Shown: piece by piece, positions 39,112 to 49,937 of the stretch
Layout: each line of letters starts with the position of its first letter
Position numbering within the stretch: position 1 is the first letter of the stretch
NCBI GenBank assembly: GCA_910584975.1
Contig: CAJUEA010000001.1
Coordinates: 127,127-191,126 of the forward strand
DNA from: an uncultured Christensenella sp.
Lineage (GTDB): Bacteria; Bacillota; Clostridia; Christensenellales; UBA3700
Direction: 5' to 3'
Length of the DNA stretch: 64,000 bases
Notes under the pieces: model-generated
Databases searched by the model: none
Seen by the model: only the letters and a program-made list of their open reading frames with translations
Told to the model about the DNA's origin: nothing
Made by a program: the position numbers and the translations under genes

Positions 39112-40128
39112 ATGGCAAATGTAAAAGTAGCTATCAACGGCTTTGGCCGTATTGGTCGTCTTGCATTCAGACAAATGTTCGGTGCTGACGGTTTTGATGT
39201 AGTAGCAATCAACGATTTGACAAGCCCTAAAATGCTTGCACACCTTTTGAAGTATGACTCTTCTCAAGGCAGATATGCTTTGGCTGACAAAGTTTCAGCA
39301 ACAGAGGATTCTATCATTGTTGATGGCAAAGAGATTAAAATTTATGCAAAAGCTAACGCTGCTGAGCTTCCTTGGGGCGAAATTGGTGTTGATGTAGTTC
39401 TTGAGTGTACTGGTTTCTACACTTCAAAAGCAAAAGCTCAAGCTCATGTTGACGCTGGTGCTAAATATGTTGTTATTTCAGCTCCTGCTGGTAATGACCT
39501 ACCAACAATCGTTTACAATGTAAACCACGACAAACTAACTGCAAGTGATCGCATCATTTCTGCTGCATCTTGCACAACAAACTGCTTGGCTCCAATGGCT
39601 AAGGCTTTGAATGATAACTGGGCTGTTCAATCTGGTATCATGAGCACTATCCACGCTTACACTGGCGATCAAATGACTTTGGATGGTCCTCAAAGAAAGG
39701 GCGACCTTCGTCGTTCAAGAGCAGCTGCTGTAAACATCGTTCCAAACTCAACTGGTGCTGCTAAAGCTATCGGTTTGGTTATTCCTGAGTTAAATGGCAA
39801 ACTTATCGGTTCTGCTCAAAGAGTTCCAACTCCTACTGGTTCAACAACAATCCTTGTTGCAGTTGTAAAAGGTGCTCCTACTAAGGAAGAAATCAATGCA
39901 GCTATGAAAGCTCAATCAAATGAGTCTTTCGGTTACACTGAGGACGAAATCGTTTCAAGCGATGTTATTGGTATGAGATTTGGTAGCTTGTTTGATGCAA
40001 CTCAAACAATGGTTATGGATATGGGCAATGGTTATTCTCAAGTACAAGTTGTTTCTTGGTATGACAATGAAAACTCATATACAAGCCAAATGGTTAGAAC
40101 AATTAAGCACTTCGCTAAATTCTTCTAA
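39112..40128 (+). CDS. gap: Glyceraldehyde-3-phosphate dehydrogenase
   Basis: [12 protein letters not shown] motif; active-site [10 protein letters not shown]. Confidence 0.97.
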   Translation: MANVKVAINGFGRIGRLAFRQMFGADGFDVVAINDLTSPKMLAHLLKYDSSQGRYALADKVSATEDSIIVDGKEIKIYAKANAAELPWGEIGVDVVLECTGFYTSKAKAQAHVDAGAKYVVISAPAGNDLPTIVYNVNHDKLTASDRIISAASCTTNCLAPMAKALNDNWAVQSGIMSTIHAYTGDQMTLDGPQRKGDLRRSRAAAVNIVPNSTGAAKAIGLVIPELNGKLIGSAQRVPTPTGSTTILVAVVKGAPTKEEINAAMKAQSNESFGYTEDEIVSSDVIGMRFGSLFDATQTMVMDMGNGYSQVQVVSWYDNENSYTSQMVRTIKHFAKFF

Positions 40129-40177
40129 GATAATAGCTTAACTGATTTTTAATTTAAAATGAAATAAAACAAATTCA

Positions 40178-40204
40178 AGGCTGTCCGTGGACAGCCTTTT
40201 ATTG
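40178..40204 (+). terminator. Rho-independent terminator after gap
   Basis: AAGGCTGTCC GT GGACAGCCTT followed by TTT. Confidence 0.8.
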
Positions 40205-40261
40205 TTATATGGGATGTTTAAATATTTGCATTTTAAATATCAGATTGTATAAGTGCAAAAT

Positions 40262-40288
40262 AAAAAAGTGGAGAATATCCACTTTTTT
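40262..40288 (-). terminator. Terminator hairpin downstream of the XRE-family gene
   Basis: AAAAAGTGGA GAATA TCCACTTTTTT, A/T runs on both sides. Confidence 0.65.
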
Positions 40289-40299
40289 GTTTATTTTGT

Positions 40300-40614
40300 T
40301 TAATTTGATTGATAGCTAAGCAACATTTGTTTGACTGCCTGTTTTTGTTTATCGGATAAATTCATCCAAAGTTCAACAATTTCTTTGAGTTCAGGTGTGG
40401 CAGGAATAAGTTGAGTGTCTATTGCAAAAAATTCTACAAGACTAATTTCCAACCCCTTTTCACAAATAACTTGCAAAGAATCCAAGGTTGGTGTGTAATT
40501 TTTTGAGTACCACCTATAAATTGTGTTTTTTGAAATACCACTCTTTTGTGCCAGTTCATAAACTGACATTCCTTTTGCAGTTCTAATTTCGCTTATTCTT
40601 TGTAAAATATCCAT
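40300..40614 (-). CDS. XRE-family helix-turn-helix transcriptional regulator
   Basis: N-terminal HTH_3 pattern IRTAKGMSVYELAQKSGISKNTIYRW. Confidence 0.75.
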   Translation of the reverse strand: MDILQRISEIRTAKGMSVYELAQKSGISKNTIYRWYSKNYTPTLDSLQVICEKGLEISLVEFFAIDTQLIPATPELKEIVELWMNLSDKQKQAVKQMLLSYQSN

Positions 40615-40888
40615 TTTTCCTCTTCTAGTCCACTTTTATTACATATCTTTGGTGTGAAAATTGTTAATATGTGAATGTTATATTAATTATACAATAATAA
40701 GCAATGCATGTCAATTTTTTGAGTGTTTTGAATTTACTATTATTTTGAAAGAGACTATTTTACATGTGAAAAATAAATTATTTTGTGTTAAAATTGTCAA
40801 GGTTGATAACAGAACATAAAATAATAGCAATATCATTTTTATTATAGTTAATAGTTATAACATTCAAAAACTTGCTTATACTAAGGAT

Positions 40889-42187
40889 ATGGAAAAGAGT
40901 ATATGGAAAGAATTTTCTGAAAAGAAAAATTTTGAAAAATTGAATGATAATTTAGAGTGTGATGTGCTGGTTATTGGTGGTGGTATGGCAGGTATTTTGA
41001 CTGCCTACTATTTGCAAAAAGTTGGCAGAAATGTTGTGCTTGTGGAGGCACATACCATTGGCAGTGGAATGACTGCAAACACAACTGCAGTAATCACTGC
41101 ACAGCACGATACAATGTATAAGGATATGATTGCAAACAATGGTTTTGATGTGGCAAAAGATTATCTTTATGCAAATTTGCAAGCTGTTGAAAATTTCAAG
41201 CAACTTGTTGAAGATGAGCAAATTGATTGTGATTTTGAAATTACTCCGTCTTATTTGTATTCTCACAAACATAGTTTGGAGGATGAAGTTAAGGCATTGC
41301 ACAAACTTGGCTATGAGGCAGAGCTGGTGCAGGATATTGATTTGCCATTTGAAATTAAAAATGCAGTTAAGTTTAAGGATATGGCACAATTTCATCCACT
41401 TAAGTTTTTGTACGCAATGGCAGAAAAACTGACAATTTATGAGCACACAATGGTTAAAAAAATTGATGACCACACTGCATATTTTGATGGTGGAAACATT
41501 AAGTTCAAACAAGCAGTGGTTGCAAGTCATTTTCCATTTGTCAACAAACACGGAATGTTTTTTATCAAAATGTATCAAGCAAGGTCATATGTAATGGCTA
41601 TTGAAAACGCCGATGCAATTGGAGGCACATATATTGACGATAGGGAAGAAGGCTTTTATTTCAGACAATATGGCGACTTGTTACTTGTGGGCAAAGGCGA
41701 GCATCGCACAGGTATGAAAACAAGAGCAATAAATGAATTGAAGGCTTTTAAGGAAAGATATTATCCCGATGCAAAAATGAGATGTATGTGGGCAAATCAA
41801 GATTGCATTACTTTGGATGACATACCATATATTGGGGAGTATGGAAATATGCCTGATGTTTATGTGGCAACAGGATTTAATTTGTGGGGAATGTCTGGGT
41901 CAATGGTAAGTGCAAATATTTTGTGTGAAAAATTGTGTGGAATGGAAAACATTTATGAAAAAACTTTTGCAACAAAAAGGTGTATTTTCAAGCCACAACT
42001 TTTTGCAAATCTTGGTATGGCACTATTGAATATGGTATATCCTTCAGTCAAAAGATGTCCACATTTGGGGTGTGCGTTAAAGTATAATAAGCTTGAACAC
42101 AGCTGGGATTGCAGTTGCCACGGCTCACGCTTTGAGGAAAATGGCAAGTTGATTAACAACCCAGCACTCAAAGACAAAAGTCTTTAA
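40889..42187 (+). CDS. FAD-dependent oxidoreductase fused to a C-terminal Rieske [2Fe-2S] domain (YhfW-like)
   Basis: VLVIGGGMAGILTAYYL dinucleotide-binding motif; C-terminal CPHLGC…CSCHGSRF Rieske motifs. Confidence 0.8.
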   Translation: MEKSIWKEFSEKKNFEKLNDNLECDVLVIGGGMAGILTAYYLQKVGRNVVLVEAHTIGSGMTANTTAVITAQHDTMYKDMIANNGFDVAKDYLYANLQAVENFKQLVEDEQIDCDFEITPSYLYSHKHSLEDEVKALHKLGYEAELVQDIDLPFEIKNAVKFKDMAQFHPLKFLYAMAEKLTIYEHTMVKKIDDHTAYFDGGNIKFKQAVVASHFPFVNKHGMFFIKMYQARSYVMAIENADAIGGTYIDDREEGFYFRQYGDLLLVGKGEHRTGMKTRAINELKAFKERYYPDAKMRCMWANQDCITLDDIPYIGEYGNMPDVYVATGFNLWGMSGSMVSANILCEKLCGMENIYEKTFATKRCIFKPQLFANLGMALLNMVYPSVKRCPHLGCALKYNKLEHSWDCSCHGSRFEENGKLINNPALKDKSL

Positions 42188-42218
42188 AATTTCAAATTAT
42201 CCGTCGAAAATCGGCATT

Positions 42219-42256
42219 AAAATACCTGTGTTTAGCAAAAGCACAGGTATTTTGCT
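42219..42256 (+). terminator. Rho-independent terminator
   Basis: AAATACCTGTG (42220-42230) / CACAGGTATTT (42242-42252) then T-run. Confidence 0.8.
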
Positions 42257-42396
42257 ATGTTTTGCAGCTAACTTTTGAATTACTATGAATGTAAATTTTT
42301 GGCAAATCGCAAAAATGATATTGAAAAAATCTGCTTATTATGTTAAAATAAATATATATTATTTTTAAGCTAAGTTATGGCATTAAGGAGAGTTTT

Positions 42397-44019
42397 ATGT
42401 TAAAAGTTATTCCATTGAGTTCACTTGTGAAAGTTTTTTCTGACGAAGAACCAAAAAGTGGACCCTTCAATAAATTGAGCTGTTTGCGTAATGAAAGAGT
42501 GCAGTTGCAAGTAGCTTTTTGTGCAGATAACGATTGTGATATTGATGTTAAAGTGCAAAGCAAGCTTGAGCAAATAAAAGTTTATTGGGTGCAGGAAATC
42601 TATTCAAAAAATCCTGTACATAAGTTGCAAGATAGCTTTACATTGAGGAACAAATCAGGCTATTTCCCAGAGTTGTTGCGTCCATTGGATGGCACTTTTA
42701 AGGCGCAAGCAGGCAAGTGGAACAGCATTTGGCTTGAGGTTATTCCAAAAACAGACTTTGCAGCTGGCGAGCATTCAATCAATGTGAGCTTTGCGTGTGG
42801 TGAGGAGAATCAAGCTGTTGAGTTTACACTTGATGTTATCGATGCAAAATTGCCTGAGCAAACTTTGATAAACACAAACTGGTTGCACACTGATTGCATT
42901 GCAACACATTACAAGCTTGATGTTTTTTCTGAGCAATATTGGGAGTATGTCCAAAACTTTTTGCAAACTGCCTTTGAGCATGGCATGAATATGGTGTTGA
43001 CACCATTGTTTACACCTCCACTTGACACAAAAGTTGGTGCAGAAAGACCAACGGTACAGCTTGTTGGCGTAAAAGTTACAAACGGGGAATATTCATTTGA
43101 TTTTTCAGCCTTAGACAGGTGGATTGAAATGTGTGATAAAATTGGAATTAAGTATTTTGAACTATCTCATTTGTTCACTCAATGGGGTGCAAAAAAATGT
43201 CCTAAAATTATGGCTGAGGTTGATGGAGAGTGCAAACGCATTTTTGGTTGGGACACAAAGGCATCAGGCAAGCCGTATCGCAAATTCTTGGCAGATTTTG
43301 CAGCAGCATTCAAGCCTTATTTGAAGGCTAAAGGCATTGAGGATAGAGTTTATTTCCATGTGTCTGACGAGCCGTTTGCAGCAGTTGCAAGACATTATCG
43401 CAAAGCAAGCAATATTGTAAGTGAGTTGTTTGGCGAGTACAAAATTATGGATGCTTTAAGCAATATCAAGTTTTACAAAAAAGGGCTTGTCAAATTGCCA
43501 ATCCCTGCAAATGACCACATTGAGCCATTCATTGGCAGTGTGCCTGAGCTTTGGACATATTATTGTTGCGTGCAAGTGAAAGGCGTTTCAAACAAATTTT
43601 TCTCAATGCCTTCACAGCGTAACAGAGTGCTTGGCTATCAAATGTACAAGTATGACATAAAAGGCTTTTTGCATTGGGGCTACAATTTTTGGTATAAGCA
43701 GTTTTCTGTTGGTCCTGTTGACCCGTTCACTGAGACTGATGCAGGTGGAAATTTCCCTTCTGGCGATTCTTTTGTGGTATATCCGGGCGAAGGTGGAACT
43801 CCGTTGGTGTCTTTGAGATATAAAGTATTTTACGATGCTTTTCAAGATATGCGTGCTTTGCAGTTGCTTGAAAGCCTTATCGGAAAAGAAAAAACAATGA
43901 GTATTTTGGAAGAGGACATTGAGCCAATCACATTTGCAAAATATCCGCATAGTGATGAGTGGCAGTTGCAAACTCGTGAAAAAATCAACAATGCCATCAA
44001 AAATGCAATTTCAAAATAA
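42397..44019 (+). CDS. DUF4091-type (GH123-like) putative glycoside hydrolase
   Basis: 540 aa cytoplasmic protein; overall pattern (…TNWLHTDC…MVLTPLFTPPLD…HVSDEP…GFLHWGYNFW…) recalls DUF4091/GH123 family; assignment from memory only. Confidence 0.45.
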   Translation: MLKVIPLSSLVKVFSDEEPKSGPFNKLSCLRNERVQLQVAFCADNDCDIDVKVQSKLEQIKVYWVQEIYSKNPVHKLQDSFTLRNKSGYFPELLRPLDGTFKAQAGKWNSIWLEVIPKTDFAAGEHSINVSFACGEENQAVEFTLDVIDAKLPEQTLINTNWLHTDCIATHYKLDVFSEQYWEYVQNFLQTAFEHGMNMVLTPLFTPPLDTKVGAERPTVQLVGVKVTNGEYSFDFSALDRWIEMCDKIGIKYFELSHLFTQWGAKKCPKIMAEVDGECKRIFGWDTKASGKPYRKFLADFAAAFKPYLKAKGIEDRVYFHVSDEPFAAVARHYRKASNIVSELFGEYKIMDALSNIKFYKKGLVKLPIPANDHIEPFIGSVPELWTYYCCVQVKGVSNKFFSMPSQRNRVLGYQMYKYDIKGFLHWGYNFWYKQFSVGPVDPFTETDAGGNFPSGDSFVVYPGEGGTPLVSLRYKVFYDAFQDMRALQLLESLIGKEKTMSILEEDIEPITFAKYPHSDEWQLQTREKINNAIKNAISK

Positions 44020-44206
44020 ATTTATGGTAATGCAATTTTGTAAGAACAAACAATAAGTGATTAAAATAGCATTTCGCTTTTGGAAATAAGAAATTATTTA
44101 AAATGTTAATTTGGTTTTAGATTTACAAATTCGATTGAAATGACAAAATTTGCATTAAATATTTGTTTGTATTAGCAAAAAACTGGTGCTACAAAGGGGA
44201 GAGATT

Positions 44207-45778
44207 ATGTTTAAAGAAAAACTCAAAAAATTTTTTGATACAAAATGCAGAATAGCAGCGTTTGTTTGCAGTTTAATATGGTTTGTGCTGTATTTTGCTT
44301 TGGGCAGTGCGATTTTTAAAAATATGTGGAATACTTCTCCTGCAATGCCAATAGTGGGTGGGATAATTGCGATTATTCCAATTTTGGCAGAATGTATGAA
44401 CATTTTGTTTTTCAAAAACAAATGGCTGGATATCGGAATGATTGTTGTGTCATTATTGTTTTGCTTGTTATTCTTTTTTATGTTTGCTTTTGTTTTGTCA
44501 AAGCTTAACTATTTTTTGATAACAGGAGTGCCATATTTTATCACAATTGGCTTGCTTGCAATCATTGTATTCTTTGCAGTTTTTTATCCTAAACTGCACA
44601 AGGATTTGAAAAAAGTTACAGCAGTGGGGCTTGCTTTAATCATATTTATCATTTGCTTAACCTGTTTGTTTAATGTAACACCTTTTTATATCAGTGGTGG
44701 AGCAACGGTATTTGCAGTTGAGGATGAGTACCAAATTGCATTTTCAACTTCACACAACTCGATTGGTGCAATTGAAATTGACGGAACAACTTATTATGAC
44801 CAAACAGATGGTGAAAATAATGTTTCAAAATTGCATAAAATCAGTGTGCCTTCAGAGGTGCTTGACGCAAAAAGGAATTATTCAATAAAAACTCAAAGTG
44901 TGATTATAAATTCGGCTTATTTACCGTCTAAGGGTAGAGTGATAACAAATAACTATACATTTAGACCAATTGACGAGAGTGACGGAATTCAAATTTACAA
45001 TCTTTCAGACACTCACGAATGTGTGGCAGGACCAAGTAAAGCAGCATCTTATTTTGGGGATAAGCTTGACCTTCTTATTTTAAACGGAGATATTGTCAAC
45101 GATATTTCAAGCGAATATCAAATTTCTTTGATATACAAACTTGCAAATAGGATTACAAATGGTAGTGTGCCTGTAATATTTACAAGAGGCAATCACGAGT
45201 GCAATGGAAAGTTGGCTGCCGACCTTTCAAAATATGTAGGTTCAACAGAAAATGGTATGTACTACACTTATAATATCGGAAGTTCTGTTTCAATGTTGGT
45301 GCTTGATACAAACAATGATATGAGCGATGACCACACTTTGATAAGTCCACTTGCAAATTTTGATCAAGTGCGCAAGGCACAAAGTGAATGGATAAAACAA
45401 AATGCAGATTGGAACCAAGGCTTCACACATAGTTTTGTTATTGCGCATATGGCATATCCATTGTCAGGTTACCAAGAGGAAAGTTGTGGATGGCATGACT
45501 GGGCAAAGGAATTGGTCGACCTTACAAATGGTAAAACTGACCTTGCAATTTGTGGACATTCCCACAAGACAGATTTTATTGCACCAGGCACAGAGGATAA
45601 CAAAATTGCAGATTTTCCAGTGCTTAGAGGTTCATTGAGAAGTAATAAGTTTGGTGACAGAGAGGGCGTTTCTCCAAATGAATTTACTGGAACGGCTATT
45701 GAAATTGTTGGAGATAAAATAAACATTAAGTATACAAACAGCAAAAATGTTGTAATGCAAGAGTTCACTTTAAAGTGA
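44207..45778 (+). CDS. Membrane-anchored metallophosphoesterase (calcineurin-like)
   Basis: ~5 N-terminal TM helices; motifs LSDTHE, NGDIVND, RGNHE, IAHM, CGHSH; ATG 44207 follows AGGGGAGAG. Confidence 0.75.
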   Translation: MFKEKLKKFFDTKCRIAAFVCSLIWFVLYFALGSAIFKNMWNTSPAMPIVGGIIAIIPILAECMNILFFKNKWLDIGMIVVSLLFCLLFFFMFAFVLSKLNYFLITGVPYFITIGLLAIIVFFAVFYPKLHKDLKKVTAVGLALIIFIICLTCLFNVTPFYISGGATVFAVEDEYQIAFSTSHNSIGAIEIDGTTYYDQTDGENNVSKLHKISVPSEVLDAKRNYSIKTQSVIINSAYLPSKGRVITNNYTFRPIDESDGIQIYNLSDTHECVAGPSKAASYFGDKLDLLILNGDIVNDISSEYQISLIYKLANRITNGSVPVIFTRGNHECNGKLAADLSKYVGSTENGMYYTYNIGSSVSMLVLDTNNDMSDDHTLISPLANFDQVRKAQSEWIKQNADWNQGFTHSFVIAHMAYPLSGYQEESCGWHDWAKELVDLTNGKTDLAICGHSHKTDFIAPGTEDNKIADFPVLRGSLRSNKFGDREGVSPNEFTGTAIEIVGDKINIKYTNSKNVVMQEFTLK

Positions 45779-45795
45779 GTTGAATAAAGATAAAT

Positions 45796-45832
45796 AAAAA
45801 CAGGTATTGCGTATGTCATACCTGTTTTTTGT
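45796..45832 (+). terminator. Rho-independent terminator
   Basis: AAAAACAGGTAT…ATACCTGTTTTTT. Confidence 0.8.
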
Positions 45833-46055
45833 TTATCAGCTAAACAGAAAAAGCGAGATTATAAAATACTTGGTGTCAACTTAACTCGCTAATTAATAAT
45901 TTCACTACTTTTAAATTAGTGCTTAACAAAAAAATTTAAATTTTTGTCTAAATATTAAATAATATCGATTTTTGAATGGTTATTTTGTTGTTTTTACAAC
46001 TTTAGATTGCACATAACTTCATTTTTGTTCGTAAAAATCAAATTGTTAAATTGCA

Positions 46056-47093
46056 TTATTGCTTTTTTGTTAGCTTTTCAAAATTTGCAATAGCAGAGTC
46101 TTTTACAATGCCTTTGGCTAAGTTTATGTGCAAAACGCTGTTGCTTTTTTCCAAGTCACTACCAACAAAATCTCGCATAATAATATTTATTTTTTGCAAA
46201 TTTGTTTGGTTGTTTTCTATCTCACGCACATAACCACTCATACTTTGGTTGTGACCGTCCTCAAGTTTTTTCAAGTTTCCTATGCTTGGAGATGTCAGTT
46301 GCCCTTGCAAAACTGTCAATCCTTTTTCTTTTTGGACAATGTGCTCCATATATTTTGGCAATGTTTCGCTAATAAATTTGTCACTTGCTTTTTTATTGTC
46401 GCTACTGATATAAAGTGAGTCCAACACTGCCTTGTCTATCGTGCATGAATCGTTGTTTCGTCTGAACAAAAACGGATAATCTTCGCTGTAAGCCTCATTG
46501 CTACCCCAAACAATAATAACTTTGCCACGCATATCGGAAAGCGTAAGACTGCTTACAAAGTCAATATCCTCTGCTTGTGAATTGTTTTGTATTGCATAAT
46601 TTGCAATCCCCGTTGTTTTTAATGCATCAATCACATCTTTTTGTGAGTTGTTTTTGAAATGCTGAAAATCTAGCACTAAAAATTCACTTGTATTTGTTTT
46701 AATAAAGTTTACTATATCATTAGCAATTTCAAAAAAATTTACACCAGAAGTGTCTATATCATGAAAAATATTAAGTTCGCCATTTTTCTTTTTGTTCACT
46801 CTTATATCAAAATATCTGCAGCCATATTTAAGTTGTTCGCCTATTGTTAGCGATTGAGTGGATGTCATTTGCTTTATCACACTTGTCATTTGAGATGTGC
46901 CACTGTCATGTGAGCCAAGTATTGAAATTTTATTTATTGGGGTGTCATCTTTTATGTTTTGTAGCCAGCTATTATAAAACACTGCTTGTTCTTCACTCAG
47001 CTCAAGTGGAGCAGGTTTGCTACAAGCAACCAAGGTAAAAGTCAAAATTGCTAGTGTGCAAAATGCAAAAAAGCTTATGCATAATTTCTTCAT
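46056..47093 (-). CDS. Lipoprotein with PI-PLC X-domain-like (phosphatidylinositol-specific phospholipase C-like) phosphodiesterase fold
   Basis: Lipobox LVAC|SK; ILGSHDSGT and RYFDIRV motifs resembling bacterial PI-PLC catalytic His/Arg contexts; ATG 47093 follows GGAGGAAGTT. Confidence 0.6.
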   Translation of the reverse strand: MKKLCISFFAFCTLAILTFTLVACSKPAPLELSEEQAVFYNSWLQNIKDDTPINKISILGSHDSGTSQMTSVIKQMTSTQSLTIGEQLKYGCRYFDIRVNKKKNGELNIFHDIDTSGVNFFEIANDIVNFIKTNTSEFLVLDFQHFKNNSQKDVIDALKTTGIANYAIQNNSQAEDIDFVSSLTLSDMRGKVIIVWGSNEAYSEDYPFLFRRNNDSCTIDKAVLDSLYISSDNKKASDKFISETLPKYMEHIVQKEKGLTVLQGQLTSPSIGNLKKLEDGHNQSMSGYVREIENNQTNLQKINIIMRDFVGSDLEKSNSVLHINLAKGIVKDSAIANFEKLTKKQ

Positions 47094-47373
47094 AACTTCC
47101 TCCAAAAAGCATTTTTTGAGAAAAATTTTCTATAATTTCATTATACAACATAAAAATTTAAAAGTAAACACAATTTTTTGTATATTATTTGTTAAAAAAT
47201 CCTATCAAAAATGTGTTGTTTTTCCCTTAGACTAAAATTTAAGTAAATAATATATAATTATCATAATAAAATATTCTAAAAATGTAAACTAAATGCAAAA
47301 AATTGTCCGTTTGTGAACTATAATAAAAGTATCACTTTTAAAGTGAAATACTTTTTTTATGGAGGACCATATT

Positions 47374-48300
47374 ATGGTTTATAAACAATGGTGCAGTGAG
47401 TGGCTTAACTGCTATGTAAAGCCACAAGTAAAGGAGAGGACATACGCTAAGTATTGTCAATTGGCAAATAGTCATATTTTGCCTGAGCTTGGAGATTATC
47501 ATTTGGATGAATTATCAACAAATGTACTTCAACATTTTGTCAACAAAATGCAAAACATCGGTTATGCAAGCACGACAATTCACGGGTTTATTTCCCTTAT
47601 CAAGTTGTCGCTTGTAAAAGCAGTTGAGCTTAACATCGTGGACAAAGAATATTCCAACTATTTATCTCGCCCAAAAACAAAAATTAAGCGTGTGGAATGC
47701 TTTTCTCTTCAAGAGCAACGCAAGATAGAAGACTATGTTGTTGATTACGGCAATCCAAAAAGCTTTGGTGTGCTTTTGACATTGTATACTGGCATTCGCA
47801 TTGGAGAATTGCTTGCCTTGAAATGGGTGGATTGCGATATGAAACGCGGAATAATCAAAGTGTCAAAATCTTGTCACGACAGCTGGAATGAAAATGGGTA
47901 TTTGAAGATAATTGATACACCTAAAACATTAAATTCTGTGCGTGTTATTCCAATGCCAAAGCAACTGGTGCCTTATCTGAAGATGATGCGTCGCAATGCA
48001 AAAAATGAATTTGTTGTTCCGGGTAGGAGCAGGTATGGTGCAGAGGTAAGAACTTATCAAAGATATTTTGAAAATTTGCTTGCAGAACTGAAAATCAACC
48101 ACAAGGGGTTTCACTCTTTGAGGCACACTTTTGCAACCAGAGCACTGGAGTGTGGTATGGATGTCAAAACTTTGTCGGAAATTCTAGGACACGCAAATCC
48201 AACAGTTACATTAAACAGATATGCGCATTCTATGTTCGACCACAAAACTTCTATGATGAATAGGGTAGGCAAATTGTTAAGAGATAAGGGGCAAGGATAA
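47374..48300 (+). CDS. Tyrosine recombinase / phage-type integrase (lone)
   Basis: N-terminal SAM-like core-binding domain; catalytic-type motifs TGIRIGELLAL, HSLRHTFATR, GHANPTVTLNRYAH; ATG 47374 follows GGAGGA (alt. 47359). Confidence 0.85.
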   Translation: MVYKQWCSEWLNCYVKPQVKERTYAKYCQLANSHILPELGDYHLDELSTNVLQHFVNKMQNIGYASTTIHGFISLIKLSLVKAVELNIVDKEYSNYLSRPKTKIKRVECFSLQEQRKIEDYVVDYGNPKSFGVLLTLYTGIRIGELLALKWVDCDMKRGIIKVSKSCHDSWNENGYLKIIDTPKTLNSVRVIPMPKQLVPYLKMMRRNAKNEFVVPGRSRYGAEVRTYQRYFENLLAELKINHKGFHSLRHTFATRALECGMDVKTLSEILGHANPTVTLNRYAHSMFDHKTSMMNRVGKLLRDKGQG

Positions 48301-48395
48301 ATATACAGTACAAAATCTTAATATCTTTATTGATTTAACTATTTGCAAATTAAGGCGAATAGTATTTTTTTCTTTTTTAGGGCGAAATTCCCCCC

Positions 48396-48424
48396 TTGAC
48401 TTTTACAATCTTATAGGCTATTAT
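48396..48424 (+). promoter_or_regulatory. Sigma-70-type promoter upstream of the second metallophosphoesterase
   Basis: TTGACT (48396-48401), 17-nt spacer, TATTAT (48419-48424). Confidence 0.5.
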
Positions 48425-48536
48425 AGATGTGTAATAAAATTTATGTTTAAGTTTATTTGTGCATTTGGAAGTTAGCTTTTTGCACGATAAATGTTGTTTT
48501 TAACATGTGAAATTTTATGTTTGACTTGGAGGGAAA

Positions 48537-49871
48537 ATGCTTACAGAAAAAAATAAAAAGTTAATTTACATAATAAGTGGTATTTTAAGCGTGTTGTTGC
48601 TTGCAATAATTGTGACAGCTTGCGTTTTGTTTATACCACTTAAAGGTAAAAAATATGAGGATATTTGGGCTGGACCACAACAAGAATATGTCCTTGCAGA
48701 GGATAGTGTGATTGTTGAGAAACAGGCAGATAAAGATTTTGTAATTTTGCAACTTACTGATATGCAACTTTGGACGAGCAGTAAAGATAATAATGCAGCG
48801 TTTGAAATTGCAGAGCAAACAATCAAAAAAACAAATCCTGATTTGGTTGTTTTTACAGGCGACAATGTGTCAGGTGTGGGTGTCCCTGAACTTTTAAAAG
48901 TGTTTATCAAACAAATTGAGGAGCTAGCTCAAAAATACAACTTTTTGTGGGCACCTATTTTTGGTAATCACGACAATGAAATGAGGGCTACACCAAACTG
49001 GTCAGGCGACCAATATCTGAAAGTGTCAAGAGAGAATGGGGGACATTGCTTATTTCGCAAAGGTCCAACAAACTTAGGCGATAAGTATGGAAATTTGCTG
49101 GGTAATTATGTTATCAATGTTAAAGAAGGCGAACAAATTGTTCAATCTTTGTATATGCTTGACAACAGTGCTTATGCAAAATATGAAAAAAGTGTTGTGG
49201 ATGCAGCAAAAGAAAGCGAAGGCAGAAGCAATGCAGAACGCCCATTCCCTTACGCTCAGATAGAATGGTGCAAATGGCAAGCAAACAATATAAATGCGAT
49301 TGCAAACAAGCAAGTTCCAAGCATATTTTTCACTCATTGTGCACCTTATGAAATGGGCGATGTGATAAGGAAATATGTTGCAGGTGCAAATGGCAAAGTT
49401 GATGGTCAGCCAAGTGAAAATGCTAACTCTGACGATTTGGTAATGCAAGATCCAGAAGGCTATTGGACATTGCCGGGTGGTTATATAAGCAGTGAAGGAA
49501 ATGATCAGCCAAGCTTTAAGCCTGCAAGCGATGTTCAGTTGGATTATCCTGTTATTGATGGCAAGCAGTTGAAAGGTATTGCAGGAAGAATAAAATATGT
49601 GCCAGGACACGCATTGTACAATACAGGAATGGTTGACGCAATGAAATCATTGGGCTTGAAAGGTTGGTTTGTTGGCCACGACCACGAAAATGATATTATT
49701 TTTGAATATGATGATGTGATTTATGGTTATGGCTTGAAAGCAGGACCATCCCCAAAACCTTGGAATGGCAGTTATTTCTTTGGTGGAACAACTATTGTTA
49801 TGGATAGCAATGGCAATATAACTCCAAAACATGTGCAATTTATAAAAGCCGAGGATTATTGGAAAAAATAA
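48537..49871 (+). CDS. Membrane-anchored/secreted metallophosphoesterase
   Basis: N-terminal TM helix; motifs LTDMQ, TGDNVSG, GNHDNE, FTHCAP, GHDHEND. Confidence 0.75.
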   Translation: MLTEKNKKLIYIISGILSVLLLAIIVTACVLFIPLKGKKYEDIWAGPQQEYVLAEDSVIVEKQADKDFVILQLTDMQLWTSSKDNNAAFEIAEQTIKKTNPDLVVFTGDNVSGVGVPELLKVFIKQIEELAQKYNFLWAPIFGNHDNEMRATPNWSGDQYLKVSRENGGHCLFRKGPTNLGDKYGNLLGNYVINVKEGEQIVQSLYMLDNSAYAKYEKSVVDAAKESEGRSNAERPFPYAQIEWCKWQANNINAIANKQVPSIFFTHCAPYEMGDVIRKYVAGANGKVDGQPSENANSDDLVMQDPEGYWTLPGGYISSEGNDQPSFKPASDVQLDYPVIDGKQLKGIAGRIKYVPGHALYNTGMVDAMKSLGLKGWFVGHDHENDIIFEYDDVIYGYGLKAGPSPKPWNGSYFFGGTTIVMDSNGNITPKHVQFIKAEDYWKK

Positions 49872-49885
49872 TTTGCAAAACAATT

Positions 49886-49928
49886 AAAAAACAAGCACCA
49901 CAATTTAATTTGAGGTGCTTATTTTTAT
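49886..49928. terminator. Hairpin between convergent genes (probable bidirectional terminator)
   Basis: AAGCACC (49893-49899) / GGTGCTT (49914-49920) flanked by A- and T-runs. Confidence 0.55.
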
Positions 49929-49937
49929 TTAATGTTT

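Noticed and set aside
47094-48536. Complete prophage, ICE or invertible-promoter switch around the integrase
   Set aside because: There are no neighbouring phage or conjugation genes, and I found no convincing long inverted or direct repeats by eye in the flanking intergenic regions, only weak A/T-rich hairpins. I kept it as a low-interest finding only.
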